Virus genome (UHGV): UHGV-0163196
Length of the DNA: 42,561 nt
Strand: one strand, 5' to 3'
DNA from: a virus
Shown: positions 17,697 to 27,023 of the stretch, in pieces
How positions within the stretch are numbered: the stretch's first letter is position 1
Layout: each line of letters starts with the position of its first letter
Made by a program: the position numbers and the translations under genes
The notes under the pieces: model-generated
What the model was told of the DNA's origin: nothing
What the model saw: the letters and a program-made list of their open reading frames with translations, nothing else
Databases searched by the model: none

Positions 17697-20477
17697 TTAT
17701 TCTTCACCCTCCATCTCGTCGGGTCGTAGCTGGAGCACATAAACGTTTATCTGGCGTCCATCAATTCGCGGGGATTTACGCTGATACCCCCTTCCGCTGG
17801 CTGGCGGTTTCAGCACCCCAGCCCCGGCCAGCACACGGGCAAACTGTTTCGCGTTGAATCCCTTCGCAATCTCACCTTCGAATGCTGCCGGGAACGTGTA
17901 GAACACTATCGGATCAGCATCATGCGCCCCTTTCTGACGGTACCCGGCCAAATCCCGAATCGGCATGTCAGCCGGGTCATAAGGGTAAGGTGCAAATCGG
18001 CTCAGTCCGTATGCATTAAGAAACGCCTCTGCCTGCTCGATGATCTGCTTATGCTCACGGTTCCCCGTGCCAAACTCTTTCACCCAGGCGTTAAAGCCAT
18101 GCTGGATGGCGTCCCGGCTTTCCTGCTCCCCCCAGCCAGTGACAGGCATCCCAAGCACCAGCGCCGCCTCCAGAATGGCGAACCGCTCGCCTACACGATG
18201 AACCTGTTCGCCATAATCAGCGGGGATAAGACTGCGCCAGCGCTCTTGCGCCGCTCTGACAGCTTGTTTTGCCTCCTGCTGGTGGCCTGCAAGCCATTTA
18301 ATCCATTCACGGCCTGCGGCTCCGTGGTTCGTCTGGTAAGCCTCTTTGAGTGCGTCGGCGTGTTGCTTCCCGTTCTGGTACTCATGGTGCGTTACTGATT
18401 TCTCCATCGGTAAATTAAGCAGCCGCACCAGTTGTCCGGCCTTAACTTTCAGCCCACCAGCAGAAAGAAACGTCTCAATGTCCATTTCCCCGGTACTGAT
18501 CGCCACGGTACGCCAGCGCTTTAACTCGCGGTTGCCTCCCTCCTTCGCCCCCTGTAGCTTTCCGGCACCGTTAAACAGCGTGTAAGCTGACGTGGCAACG
18601 TCTTTGGCGCTACTGCCCTGCCCCACTTCGTCCAGCGGTAACAGGCTATCGTTATGCGCTTCCGCTTCGTTGGCGATACCCAGCGCAGTACCGTACCAGG
18701 TGAGGCGCAGGGCATCCGGTTCACCGTATAAACTGCTGGCAATGTTGGCGGTCGTTGTCTTCCCTGCGCTGGACTGTTCGAAAAGGTGAACACCGAAACC
18801 GTCAGCGCCAACAAGCCCGATCAGCGGTGCAGACAGCGCAGCCGCAACACCCAGCATCATTGACGGGTTTCCCAACGCAAGACGCGCCACCGAATCACGC
18901 CAGCTTTCCGGCGTTCCACTGACGGTATAGCCACCAGCCGCCGCACTGCGGCCACTGAATAAAAGCGGTATCTCTGGATCACCAATAACATCACCATCCG
19001 GCATGATGTACGCCCCGCTGTGCCAGCCTGTGGTGTGGCTGATCTGCCACTCCTTGCCGCTACCGGTTCGCTGTAGCCAGTCGGCCAGAATTGCCCGCAA
19101 CGATGGTTTGGTCGTCACACTGACACCGCCGTTTTTCAGAGTTCGCCATCCCTCGCGGTCGCCAATGTCCTCCCAAGGAAGCGCACGGGTAACTTGCCCC
19201 CGATTGCCGGGAACGTCCCAACGCAGGATCAGAAAGCGCTGTCTGGCGTTATCACTCCCCGCACCAGCAATCTCCAGCGGAGAGCATAGCCACGCCTCGG
19301 TATTGATAATTTCCCCTGTGTCTTTGTCCACTTTCGGGGTGATCCAGTGAATGCCATCCGAACGGCTCTCTACTCGCGGTTTAAGGTCGTCGTCGATACC
19401 AGGGCTTTTTTTGCCGCCGTCGATTGCTGTCAGTGTCGCACCCACTTTCTTACCCTCCGGTTGATACATTGAGTCGTTAAATGCTGCTGTGGCCGCTTCG
19501 AGGCCGTATTGCTGGTGGTAGTCGTTCCAGTCCGCTTTATAGTCCACTGGTGGCATGGAAACCCAGCCAGAAACGGCTTTCGCGGCTTTCTCTGCGGCCT
19601 CCTTGCCAGTGTTAACTTTCACTCCTTTAATTCCGTCACTTTCGCCCATCTGGTCGTTATCTGCGGCAATGATGATTTGTGCCTGTGGGTACTTCCGGCG
19701 CATCACTTCGGCAACGGGTAGCAGGTTGCCCGCGTCAATTGCTGCCACTGCCAGCGCGTCCGGGCGCATCAGGTGAACTGAAAGGGCCGTCGCCAGCCCC
19801 TCGGCAATTAAAACGCTCTGCGGCGATTCTGGCGCGTTTACGGCATGATATGCCCCGCGCTTTGCTGAACCTGTCAGGAGTCGCTTCTCTCCCTGCGGTG
19901 TAATGGTTTGCGCTGCTGCCACTGCGCCGGATTCGTCCACCAGCTCCAGCAATAACGAACCATCAGGCATAACCGGATAGTTAAACCCGGTCAGCCCTTT
20001 TGATTGCAGGTAATCAGATTCGCCCTGTGTGGCACTCTGGCGCATTCCGGCATACAGACGGGCAAACGTAGCCCTTCGCTGCTCTGCGTCCCCTGCTGCC
20101 TGTTTCTGGCGCTCCTGCTCACGCTGCTGGCGGTCAGCTTCCAGTTGCTCCCTTCTATGGCTCGCTGCCACCGGGTCGGATTGCGCTGCCAGGTAATCAA
20201 TACCCAGCACGTCAGCGGCAAGCTGTGCCGCCTCCGTAGTGTCGCAGTTGTTAACCCGCTTGATTAAATCCAGCCCGTCACCAGCGCCACACTGGTTGCA
20301 GATAAAGCTACCGCGCCCGTTGTCGTCGAATCTGAAACGGTCTTTTCCACCACATGCAGGGCATGGAGAATGGCGGCGCGATGAATCAGGCACGTCGATA
20401 GACAACCCAGCCAGCACATAAGGCCAGCGCCCTGCTGCGGCGCTGGTCACTTCGCGGATAAGGTCGATATTACGCAT
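17697..20477 (-). CDS. P4 alpha-like primase-helicase (zinc-ribbon, TOPRIM, D5-like helicase)
   Basis: Zinc ribbon CPACGG…CNQCG, TOPRIM-like IIIAADNDQ, Walker A SSAGKTTT; ~925 aa. Start taken at MRNIDLIRE. Confidence 0.85.
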   Translation of the reverse strand: MRNIDLIREVTSAAAGRWPYVLAGLSIDVPDSSRRHSPCPACGGKDRFRFDDNGRGSFICNQCGAGDGLDLIKRVNNCDTTEAAQLAADVLGIDYLAAQSDPVAASHRREQLEADRQQREQERQKQAAGDAEQRRATFARLYAGMRQSATQGESDYLQSKGLTGFNYPVMPDGSLLLELVDESGAVAAAQTITPQGEKRLLTGSAKRGAYHAVNAPESPQSVLIAEGLATALSVHLMRPDALAVAAIDAGNLLPVAEVMRRKYPQAQIIIAADNDQMGESDGIKGVKVNTGKEAAEKAAKAVSGWVSMPPVDYKADWNDYHQQYGLEAATAAFNDSMYQPEGKKVGATLTAIDGGKKSPGIDDDLKPRVESRSDGIHWITPKVDKDTGEIINTEAWLCSPLEIAGAGSDNARQRFLILRWDVPGNRGQVTRALPWEDIGDREGWRTLKNGGVSVTTKPSLRAILADWLQRTGSGKEWQISHTTGWHSGAYIMPDGDVIGDPEIPLLFSGRSAAAGGYTVSGTPESWRDSVARLALGNPSMMLGVAAALSAPLIGLVGADGFGVHLFEQSSAGKTTTANIASSLYGEPDALRLTWYGTALGIANEAEAHNDSLLPLDEVGQGSSAKDVATSAYTLFNGAGKLQGAKEGGNRELKRWRTVAISTGEMDIETFLSAGGLKVKAGQLVRLLNLPMEKSVTHHEYQNGKQHADALKEAYQTNHGAAGREWIKWLAGHQQEAKQAVRAAQERWRSLIPADYGEQVHRVGERFAILEAALVLGMPVTGWGEQESRDAIQHGFNAWVKEFGTGNREHKQIIEQAEAFLNAYGLSRFAPYPYDPADMPIRDLAGYRQKGAHDADPIVFYTFPAAFEGEIAKGFNAKQFARVLAGAGVLKPPASGRGYQRKSPRIDGRQINVYVLQLRPDEMEGEE

Positions 20478-20811
20478 GGTTGCCTCCTGCCACGGTCGCG
20501 CCCATATCATTAATCATGCTTTGCCATATCTCGCGCCCGACGTCAGTCAATCCGTCCTTAGTGACGCAACGATCAAGAAGCTCGATCCCCACGGTTTCCC
20601 ACTGCGGGTAGAACACTTTCATGGCTGCCAGTGTGTAGCTATCGATCAGGCTGCGAACGCCTTTTACTCCATTGACGATTTCCACACGGACGGCGAGGCC
20701 GTCCGCATCAACCATGAAATAGTCCCCGCCGCTGGTGGCGGTAATGTGGTTATACAGTGCCGACGCATACTTATTCGCCAGCGCATTCAGTCGGAAATTT
20801 TTAGTAATCAT
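20470..20811 (-). CDS. Hypothetical protein (113 aa)
   Basis: ORF coupled to the primase start; no recognisable motif. Confidence 0.45.
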   Translation of the reverse strand: MITKNFRLNALANKYASALYNHITATSGGDYFMVDADGLAVRVEIVNGVKGVRSLIDSYTLAAMKVFYPQWETVGIELLDRCVTKDGLTDVGREIWQSMINDMGATVAGGNHA

Positions 20812-20820
20812 GTCGCCCCC

Positions 20821-21447
20821 TCAGTGCGCCAGCGGCATTTCAGGCCAGCCGTTTTCATCCAGTTCAGCTATAAAGCTGTTGTGAAGTTCAGCAAGCGTTT
20901 CACGCCCGAACGGGGTCAACTCGCCGCGCTCCGTGTCCAGCATGGCCTGATAAAAAACAATGGCGTTCGCCGTTCCCTGCTCAATGCCGTAGCGCTCAAT
21001 CATTGCGCCCTCGATGTTGTTCGCCATCGCCAGCCGTTCAGCAAACGGGTAAACCACCATGCCCGCATTACCATTGGAGTAAATCGCCACCTGCGATGAT
21101 GTGCCGTCAGCCTCAGTAACCGTGGTGGTGCCGTTCTCGCGCTTCATCTCAGAAACGAACGTCGCAGCAATCAGCCAGCGCCACATAGTGACGTTATGCT
21201 GCGCGGTGAAGTCGAACCAGCCACGCGCCCCGCCATCAGCAACGGCAAAATGAATGGCGTAGCCGATATCGGGCGTATCGTCGTACTCTCCCGCATCCAG
21301 ACGGCTTACAGCGCTCTCATAGGTGATAATGGCTACATGCTCATACATCCCGGCATCGTTGCGGGTCATGATATTGACGCCGTGCGGTGTGGCTTCGGCG
21401 TGGAACAGGTCGGGATTTCCCGGTTTAATGGTCAGTATATTGCTCAT
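20821..21447 (-). CDS. Hypothetical protein (208 aa)
   Basis: ORF in the island's early operon; no recognisable motif. Confidence 0.45.
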   Translation of the reverse strand: MSNILTIKPGNPDLFHAEATPHGVNIMTRNDAGMYEHVAIITYESAVSRLDAGEYDDTPDIGYAIHFAVADGGARGWFDFTAQHNVTMWRWLIAATFVSEMKRENGTTTVTEADGTSSQVAIYSNGNAGMVVYPFAERLAMANNIEGAMIERYGIEQGTANAIVFYQAMLDTERGELTPFGRETLAELHNSFIAELDENGWPEMPLAH

Positions 21448-21665
21448 GCTTTGCCCTCCCGATATTCACGCATTACATGGTCAGCTAGCTTGCTTTCAGC
21501 CTCGCTCATTGCTTCGGGCACACCGTGTAACAGCGTCAGAATGGAACCTATAAGGCGTGGTAAATCGGGATCTGTTTTATTGGTGGTGCTCTCCAGCCAC
21601 ATGGACAAAACAGCCTGTGCCTGTTCAATCTGGCAGGCAGCATCAATCAGTTGTAACTGGCTCAT
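21444..21665 (-). CDS. Hypothetical protein (73 aa)
   Basis: Small ORF overlapping its neighbours by 4 nt. Confidence 0.35.
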   Translation of the reverse strand: MSQLQLIDAACQIEQAQAVLSMWLESTTNKTDPDLPRLIGSILTLLHGVPEAMSEAESKLADHVMREYREGKA

Positions 21666-21925
21666 GCGCTGCCCTCCGCATCAATTCTGGCTATATCGAC
21701 AATCGTCAGGACTTTACTAAGCCAGCAATACGCGATGGCTGCTTGCTCAACTTCGAGGAGTGGTAATAAATCGGTCATAACGTGAGCCAGCCCATTGCGG
21801 GCGCGGGTCATGCGTTCTGCGGTACGCTCTGCCAGCGTGAAAGAGTCAGGGTACGGCTGTTCGCGGGATAGCATCGCCTCGGCCTCAAGATCTGCAGGAT
21901 GGCGATAGATGGTATGAATGTTCAC
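21662..21925 (-). CDS. Hypothetical protein (87 aa; GTG start or internal Met)
   Basis: ORF in series with the neighbouring small genes; start codon uncertain. Confidence 0.35.
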   Translation of the reverse strand: MNIHTIYRHPADLEAEAMLSREQPYPDSFTLAERTAERMTRARNGLAHVMTDLLPLLEVEQAAIAYCWLSKVLTIVDIARIDAEGSA

Positions 21926-22101
21926 GCTGCCACCTCCTGAATACGAGTAATACGAACGTGCTTATAACCGCCTTTATTCGCCAGTAGTTGCGCAGTCGAT
22001 TTAGCTGTTTCTGGACTGGTGCTAGTCATGGTGTAGTGAATGCCGACGGTGTTACCGCGCTTGTTAACAGCGTATCCGTCGATCTGGAAGGTTTTACGCA
22101 T
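21922..22101 (-). CDS. Small hypothetical protein (59 aa)
   Basis: Hand-translated MRKTFQIDGYAVNKRGNTVGIHYTMTSTSPETAKSTAQLLANKGGYKHVRITRIQEVAA; below the ORF track length cut-off. Confidence 0.3.
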   Translation of the reverse strand: MRKTFQIDGYAVNKRGNTVGIHYTMTSTSPETAKSTAQLLANKGGYKHVRITRIQEVAA

Positions 22102-22972
22102 TTCCGACCTCCATTGCTAAACGGGACTGGATAGCTGCCGCTTTACTGCCTAATTGCAGGTAAGTACGAGTTATCGCAGGGTTGCTATGACCCAGCATTT
22201 CAGAGGCCACTAATAGGCCCTGTTCGCCACCTGCGGACATGAGGTTAAAGGCGGCTATTTTGCGGCTTGAGTAGGCGCTCAGGCGCAATTTAGCGTTAAT
22301 GAAACGGGTAAACCACGCCATGACGCCATGAAGTTTGCGCCAGATGGTTTGGCGAGTAACGCTACCTTCCAGACGTTGACAACGGTTACTTTCGATTTGA
22401 GAGCGGGAAAATACCAGGTCGTCCTCCACCAGATTCCGATCCTGACGGTCACGCAGCCGCTTGATAATGCCGGGGGGTAACTGTTTGGTGTCGTGCTTGA
22501 CGTCAGCCTTAGCCACCAGCCCGAACACAATCGCCTGTTCTTCGTCGTTCATATCGGCGGCCAGTTCATCACAGCCGATACTATCCCACTTCATGTAGGC
22601 GATATGGTCAGCGGCGAGCCGCGCGGCGTCCTTGCGCTGCTGGCGCACAATTTCAATACCTTTGCGGGTTGCCCGCGCTTCTGCGGCTTTGGTCTGTTTG
22701 GAAACGATAATTGTCGCCTGTCCAGTTTCCCAATTGATGCAGGAATAGCGCAGGTTGCAAACGTCGCTGGTACGCCAGCCGGTTACGGTCGCAATATCCC
22801 ACCAGAGCAACACCCAATCGGGCTGTGTCTGCTGGATGCGCTCGCGTAGCTTGCGCTGCTCGTCACGGTCATAGACAGGGGTCATGGTGCGACTGCCCTT
22901 TGTGCTCGCCGCTTTAACGACATTGCCGCGCAGCTCGCGGGCTTTGGCTGTCAGAGTCTGGAGGTTAAACAT
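22094..22972 (-). CDS. Second tyrosine recombinase (short phage-integrase family, no arm-binding N-domain)
   Basis: About 292 aa from MFNLQTLTAKAREL; C-terminal LGHSNPAITRTYLQ with a candidate catalytic Tyr and conserved Arg/His positions. Confidence 0.65.
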   Translation of the reverse strand: MFNLQTLTAKARELRGNVVKAASTKGSRTMTPVYDRDEQRKLRERIQQTQPDWVLLWWDIATVTGWRTSDVCNLRYSCINWETGQATIIVSKQTKAAEARATRKGIEIVRQQRKDAARLAADHIAYMKWDSIGCDELAADMNDEEQAIVFGLVAKADVKHDTKQLPPGIIKRLRDRQDRNLVEDDLVFSRSQIESNRCQRLEGSVTRQTIWRKLHGVMAWFTRFINAKLRLSAYSSRKIAAFNLMSAGGEQGLLVASEMLGHSNPAITRTYLQLGSKAAAIQSRLAMEVGNA

Positions 22973-23153
22973 GACGCACCTCCGGCACTGGCAGACGTGC
23001 GGCCAGAGACAAAATAAAGTGCGGCGCAAGGATGCGGCGGGCTTCGCGTTCGGTCGCAGCCTCAACGGACAGACGGCAAGGTTTGGCTTTTTTATCGTGG
23101 CGATTCAGCGCGAGAAAGCGCCAGGTGAATTTTGAGTGTGCGGATCTAGCCAT
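22965..23153 (-). CDS. Small protein (possibly Icd/Ash-like)
   Basis: 62 aa, MARSAHSKFTWRFLALNRHDKKAKPCRLSVEA…; recalled resemblance to small Icd-like prophage proteins only. Confidence 0.35.
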   Translation of the reverse strand: MARSAHSKFTWRFLALNRHDKKAKPCRLSVEAATEREARRILAPHFILSLAARLPVPEVRHV

Positions 23154-23473
23154 TTTTAGCGGCTCCTAGAACATATTGAAGGAGTCTCGCCAGATGCTGC
23201 TAAACATGGGTGGCGAGACGTGACGGGGTTAGCAGACTGGCGTTCTAGGAAACCAGCAGGCGTTAAGCCTCCCCACCACGCCCCGCCATAAATCGGGGGT
23301 ATGGTTGGTTTTCGGGCGTAAAAATACCGCTATACGGAAATCAGCGGCTACCCGCTAGAACGTTCAGGCTGCTAAACCCGGCACCCGTTTTGTGAGGTGC
23401 GAAATAATCATAACCACACTACCCCGTTAAGCGCAAGGGAAATATCCCCTGCGCCCACAATGCAAACTTGTGA
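23154..23473. promoter_or_regulatory. Repeat-rich intergenic region (candidate recombinase/regulator binding sites)
   Basis: Motifs CTAGAAC and GCTGCTAAAC recur in direct and inverted orientation at 23161-23205, 23227-23250 and 23353-23377. Confidence 0.4.
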
Positions 23474-24544
23474 TTAGTACCCGCGAGAAGCGTAAACTCG
23501 TGCCATGCCAGCCCAATGAGAGAAAAGAATTTCCCACTTAATTGGGTTGTAGGTAATACTTCCATCGACTGCGGCAGCATTCCATGCCCGATCAGAAATA
23601 GAGCTATCTTTAGCAGTTTTCCCCCATTCAACAATATCCCTTGCTAAAGCCTGTACACATGCTCGACTGACTACCTTTTCGTCAACGTACGCCCCAACAT
23701 CAGAGCATGACTCCATACTCATGTTCAGGCTATTTTTAAGGGACTCCAGCCCGGCCACTGACATAAAGCGACGACCATTAGCGTATGCAACACCGTCATT
23801 CCTGATAGTGAACTTAACAGTGTGGAATGCGTCAACAATCATCCGCTGCTCTGGCGTCGGGTTCTGCCATAGCACAAGGTTAATCTCTCTCTCAGAAGCT
23901 ATTGATTCTGCTTTCTCACGCTTAACTCGTGCATCCCGTTCTGCCTGGTATTGTTTTTGATTTTCATCATGAGCCTTTTGGTAACTAGAGGCTAATGCGT
24001 CTCTGTTTTTGGCAAATGCTGCAATGCTATTTTTGAAATCGCTTCTGCTAACCTTGTTTAACCCCATACTCCAGCGGTCATTTTCGTAATCATCATAAAT
24101 GGCATCAACTTTTGCCGGATTACTCAGCACAGTCGCCAGATTAACCGGAATTTTAGCCATCTCGTCACTGATTCTCGCTACATGTTCGAAAGTCGATATA
24201 GAGCCAACTTCATGACTCCCATACTCATGATAAGCGGCATAAAAAATTGGAATAGATTGAGGTTTTTCGTTCACTGACTTAATGATGCTTTTTTCATCAC
24301 ATGACTGTTCACCCCATTTGAAAACACTTTTCCCACCATTTTTGTATGTGTTGCAATCATCAATACCCAAACGAACCAGCGCATCCCATCCGGGCCGTTT
24401 CTTGTAATCCTCGCTCTTGACAACATGCATTGTGGTTAGGGCTTTCGCAGGATCTAACTTGCCAGCGGTACAAGACACGATAGGAAAGGCCAGAGAAGCG
24501 CAGGCTGCTATCCTGAAAAGGCTCGTCAATCTTTCTTTTTTCAT
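23474..24544 (-). CDS. Lipoprotein of unknown function (island cargo)
   Basis: 356 aa; N-terminus MKKERLTSLFRIAACASLAFPIVSC carries a signal peptide with lipobox-like Cys; AT-richer than its surroundings; flanked by ~0.3 and ~0.9 kb non-coding DNA. Confidence 0.6.
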   Translation of the reverse strand: MKKERLTSLFRIAACASLAFPIVSCTAGKLDPAKALTTMHVVKSEDYKKRPGWDALVRLGIDDCNTYKNGGKSVFKWGEQSCDEKSIIKSVNEKPQSIPIFYAAYHEYGSHEVGSISTFEHVARISDEMAKIPVNLATVLSNPAKVDAIYDDYENDRWSMGLNKVSRSDFKNSIAAFAKNRDALASSYQKAHDENQKQYQAERDARVKREKAESIASEREINLVLWQNPTPEQRMIVDAFHTVKFTIRNDGVAYANGRRFMSVAGLESLKNSLNMSMESCSDVGAYVDEKVVSRACVQALARDIVEWGKTAKDSSISDRAWNAAAVDGSITYNPIKWEILFSHWAGMARVYASRGY

Positions 24545-24708
24545 CGTCCTAATGCTCTTTCAAACCAAGAATGTAGGACATAGTAAATTGTGGTTAATGG
24601 CAAGTCGATATAAAGGCCGGGTTATTGGCTTCGGTGCCAATATCATTTCTCCGAAATTTCATAACGCCTGTAATCGCTCGTTTCCCCATCTTGGGGACAT
24701 TTCAAAAC

Positions 24709-24828
24709 TGCGAATCAAAGTGCGAATGGAACTGCGAATTCGCAAAGAGAGAGCGCCGCTCAAAGCAGGCCGGATAAGGCTTCGCGGACATATTGCGAAT
24801 GCGAATCCACCAGAAACGAAACGCGAAT
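24709..24828. repeat. GCGAAT repeat cluster including the palindrome TGCGAATTCGCA
   Basis: Six copies of (T)GCGAAT within 120 bp; the 12-bp palindrome at 24733-24744 also occurs twice in the helper terS gene. Confidence 0.55.
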
Positions 24829-25384
24829 CACCCATAAACAAAACCGATACGCAGGGAGCGTACTGCCCGTATTCAATCGGCCGAAAAGTCAGCCGATTAA
24901 AATCATGCCCGGCTATCCCCTGAAATTTCAGGAGATCGAGAGCCACCAGCAGAGAACCGTTCATGCCATCGGTAACTTGCAGCCCGAAGCTCAAATCTGA
25001 GCGTTGACCGCCAGCCAGAAGAAACCATTTTAAATCCCGCGCCTTCTCTTTGGATGAACAGGGTTACTCCCCGTAATGCTGTGAACTGCCACGATGATTC
25101 GGGGTTGTGTTGCGCTGGCCTTTGAGTCCCGCACAAACACTGACCCACAAAATTTTTGTAGGTGACTGGCCCTCTTGATGAGGTGCTGTTTTGCGTAACC
25201 CTTAATGAGTTGTGCAAAGGCTCAACCCTTCAAAAGGGTTGCCTAACCACCGGCGATAGTAATAACCGCCAACCTATGAACACTATGAACACCTTTGAGC
25301 ATTTTTCTATAAACATTCCACTACTGCCCTATTTGATGCCTTTCTCTGGCTGGCCTGTGTAAGTTACCGTTGCTGGGAACTGAC

Positions 25385-25420
25385 AATAAAAAAGGCTTGC
25401 CCCTCTCAGGTAACAAGCCT
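25385..25420 (-). terminator. Putative intrinsic terminator downstream of alpA
   Basis: Stem aggcttg/caagcct at 25393-25420 with a run of A on the plus strand at 25386-25392 (U-run on the minus transcript). Confidence 0.4.
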
Positions 25421-25438
25421 TGTCTATCGCTCTGGATC

Positions 25439-25651
25439 TCACTCACTACAGATTCCGCGCTTTTGGCTCTGTCTTCCGATCCACGCCTCCACCTCATCGC
25501 GATACCAGCAATTGCGGCCGCCAACTTTGAAGGGCATCGGAAAGCCGTTCCCCTCATCCTTCAGAAATTCATAGAACGCAGAATCAGAACGGTAGCGTAG
25601 ACGGGCTTTAACTTCGACTTTGAGCAAAATATCACTGTTAGATATGGACAT
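25439..25651 (-). CDS. alpA: AlpA-family transcriptional regulator/excisionase
   Basis: 70 aa with the typical AlpA pattern (…FPMPFKVGGRNCWYRDEVEAWI…), directly downstream of the integrase gene. Confidence 0.75.
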   Translation of the reverse strand: MSISNSDILLKVEVKARLRYRSDSAFYEFLKDEGNGFPMPFKVGGRNCWYRDEVEAWIGRQSQKRGICSE

Positions 25652-25793
25652 AAAAACCTCATTATATATTCGATATAATTATATATGATTTGAATAAAAA
25701 AAACGCATTCCGGTTAGCTTTGGGCATAAAAAAAGCTGGCTTAAAGCCAGCTATACCCGTTTGAAATCATGATTATCCAGAAATGGATGTGCC

Positions 25794-27023
25794 TTACACA
25801 ACCAGCCTCAAGCCCTTATCGCCGCTGGTCTCCAGTATTTCGCCACACTCTGCGGCCTCGATAAAGTCCCCCCACCATTGCATTAAAACCCGGCGTTTTT
25901 CCAGATAGTCGCTACGGTTATAAACATTTCGAATCGCATCGGCGCTTTTGTGAGCGAGTGCAGCCTCAATCACATCAGGGTTGAACCCCTCGTCATTTAA
26001 AACTGTAGATGCCAACGCCCTGAACCCATGAGGAACAATCAGCCCTTTAAACGACGTTTTGTGTATCCCGGCCTGAGTCGCACAGCGTGAGATCGGCTTA
26101 TTTTCTTTTCGCCATGAGGGGAAAACATAATCGCAGCGCTTCCACTTTTCGGCCTCTTTAAGCACGTTTATAGCCTGGCTCGATAATGGGACTACGTGGG
26201 GGCGCTTTCCTTTCATCCGGCTTGCAGGGATTTGCCAGATTGAGTTATCAAAATCAATCTCATTCCAGAGAGCGCCGCCAGCCTCCGAAGGCCGGACCAT
26301 CGTAATGATCTGGAATAATAATGCCAGCTTTGATGGCTCCCATAAGCTCAACTCGTTCCATGCGCTTAAAAATTCGGGCAACCGCTCTTTCTGTAAAGTC
26401 GCTCTTGGCTCGTTTTTTTCAGCCGGGAATGCTTTACCAATTTTCGATAGCGGGTTGTGCTCAATAACCCCAATGTTTACCGCATAATCCATTATGGCGT
26501 TGATGGTAATAACCATTTTCGTAAGCGTTGATGGCCTTTCCCTGAAAGGTTTAAAAGCCTGAATAGTATCGGCTGCGTTTATTTTATGTACCGTGGTATG
26601 CCTAAAAATCGTGGAAAGATGCTTCAACGTCACATTGTGCGATTCAAGCGTGTTGCTTCTCGCACCTTCTTTAATCTTGATTTTTAGCCATTCATCGGCA
26701 ACGGCCTGAAATGACTGCGCGTACATTTTACGCTGTTCATTCCTGGCATCTTTTTTGACTTCGTTCGGATCTATCCCTCGCGCTACCATACGGCGCAGTT
26801 TCGAACGTTCCTCCCTCGCTTCGGACAAAGTAAACTCCGGGTATCGTCCAATAGTATAGGTTTGTCTCTTCTTCGTTACCGGGTGTACATACCGAAAACG
26901 CCATGACTTACCGCCCCGGCTTGTGATGTAAAGCAACAAACCGAAACCATCGTGCAAACTGAAATCCTTGCCCTGTGCCTTCGCGCTTTTCACTTCGACG
27001 CTAGTTAGTGGCCTAACAATCAT
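25794..27023 (-). CDS. int: P4-type tyrosine integrase
   Basis: 409 aa; N-terminal arm-binding domain typical of P4-like integrases (…DGFGLLLYITSRGGKSWRFRY…) and a C-terminal catalytic domain. Confidence 0.85.
   Translation of the reverse strand: MIVRPLTSVEVKSAKAQGKDFSLHDGFGLLLYITSRGGKSWRFRYVHPVTKKRQTYTIGRYPEFTLSEAREERSKLRRMVARGIDPNEVKKDARNEQRKMYAQSFQAVADEWLKIKIKEGARSNTLESHNVTLKHLSTIFRHTTVHKINAADTIQAFKPFRERPSTLTKMVITINAIMDYAVNIGVIEHNPLSKIGKAFPAEKNEPRATLQKERLPEFLSAWNELSLWEPSKLALLFQIITMVRPSEAGGALWNEIDFDNSIWQIPASRMKGKRPHVVPLSSQAINVLKEAEKWKRCDYVFPSWRKENKPISRCATQAGIHKTSFKGLIVPHGFRALASTVLNDEGFNPDVIEAALAHKSADAIRNVYNRSDYLEKRRVLMQWWGDFIEAAECGEILETSGDKGLRLVV

Noticed and set aside
24417-25217. ORFs of 104-168 aa on both strands in the region between the lipoprotein gene and the alpA terminator
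   Set aside because: They overlap the GCGAAT repeat cluster, have no RBS or protein-like composition, and overlap each other; treated as non-coding. A small real gene or ncRNA here cannot be excluded.
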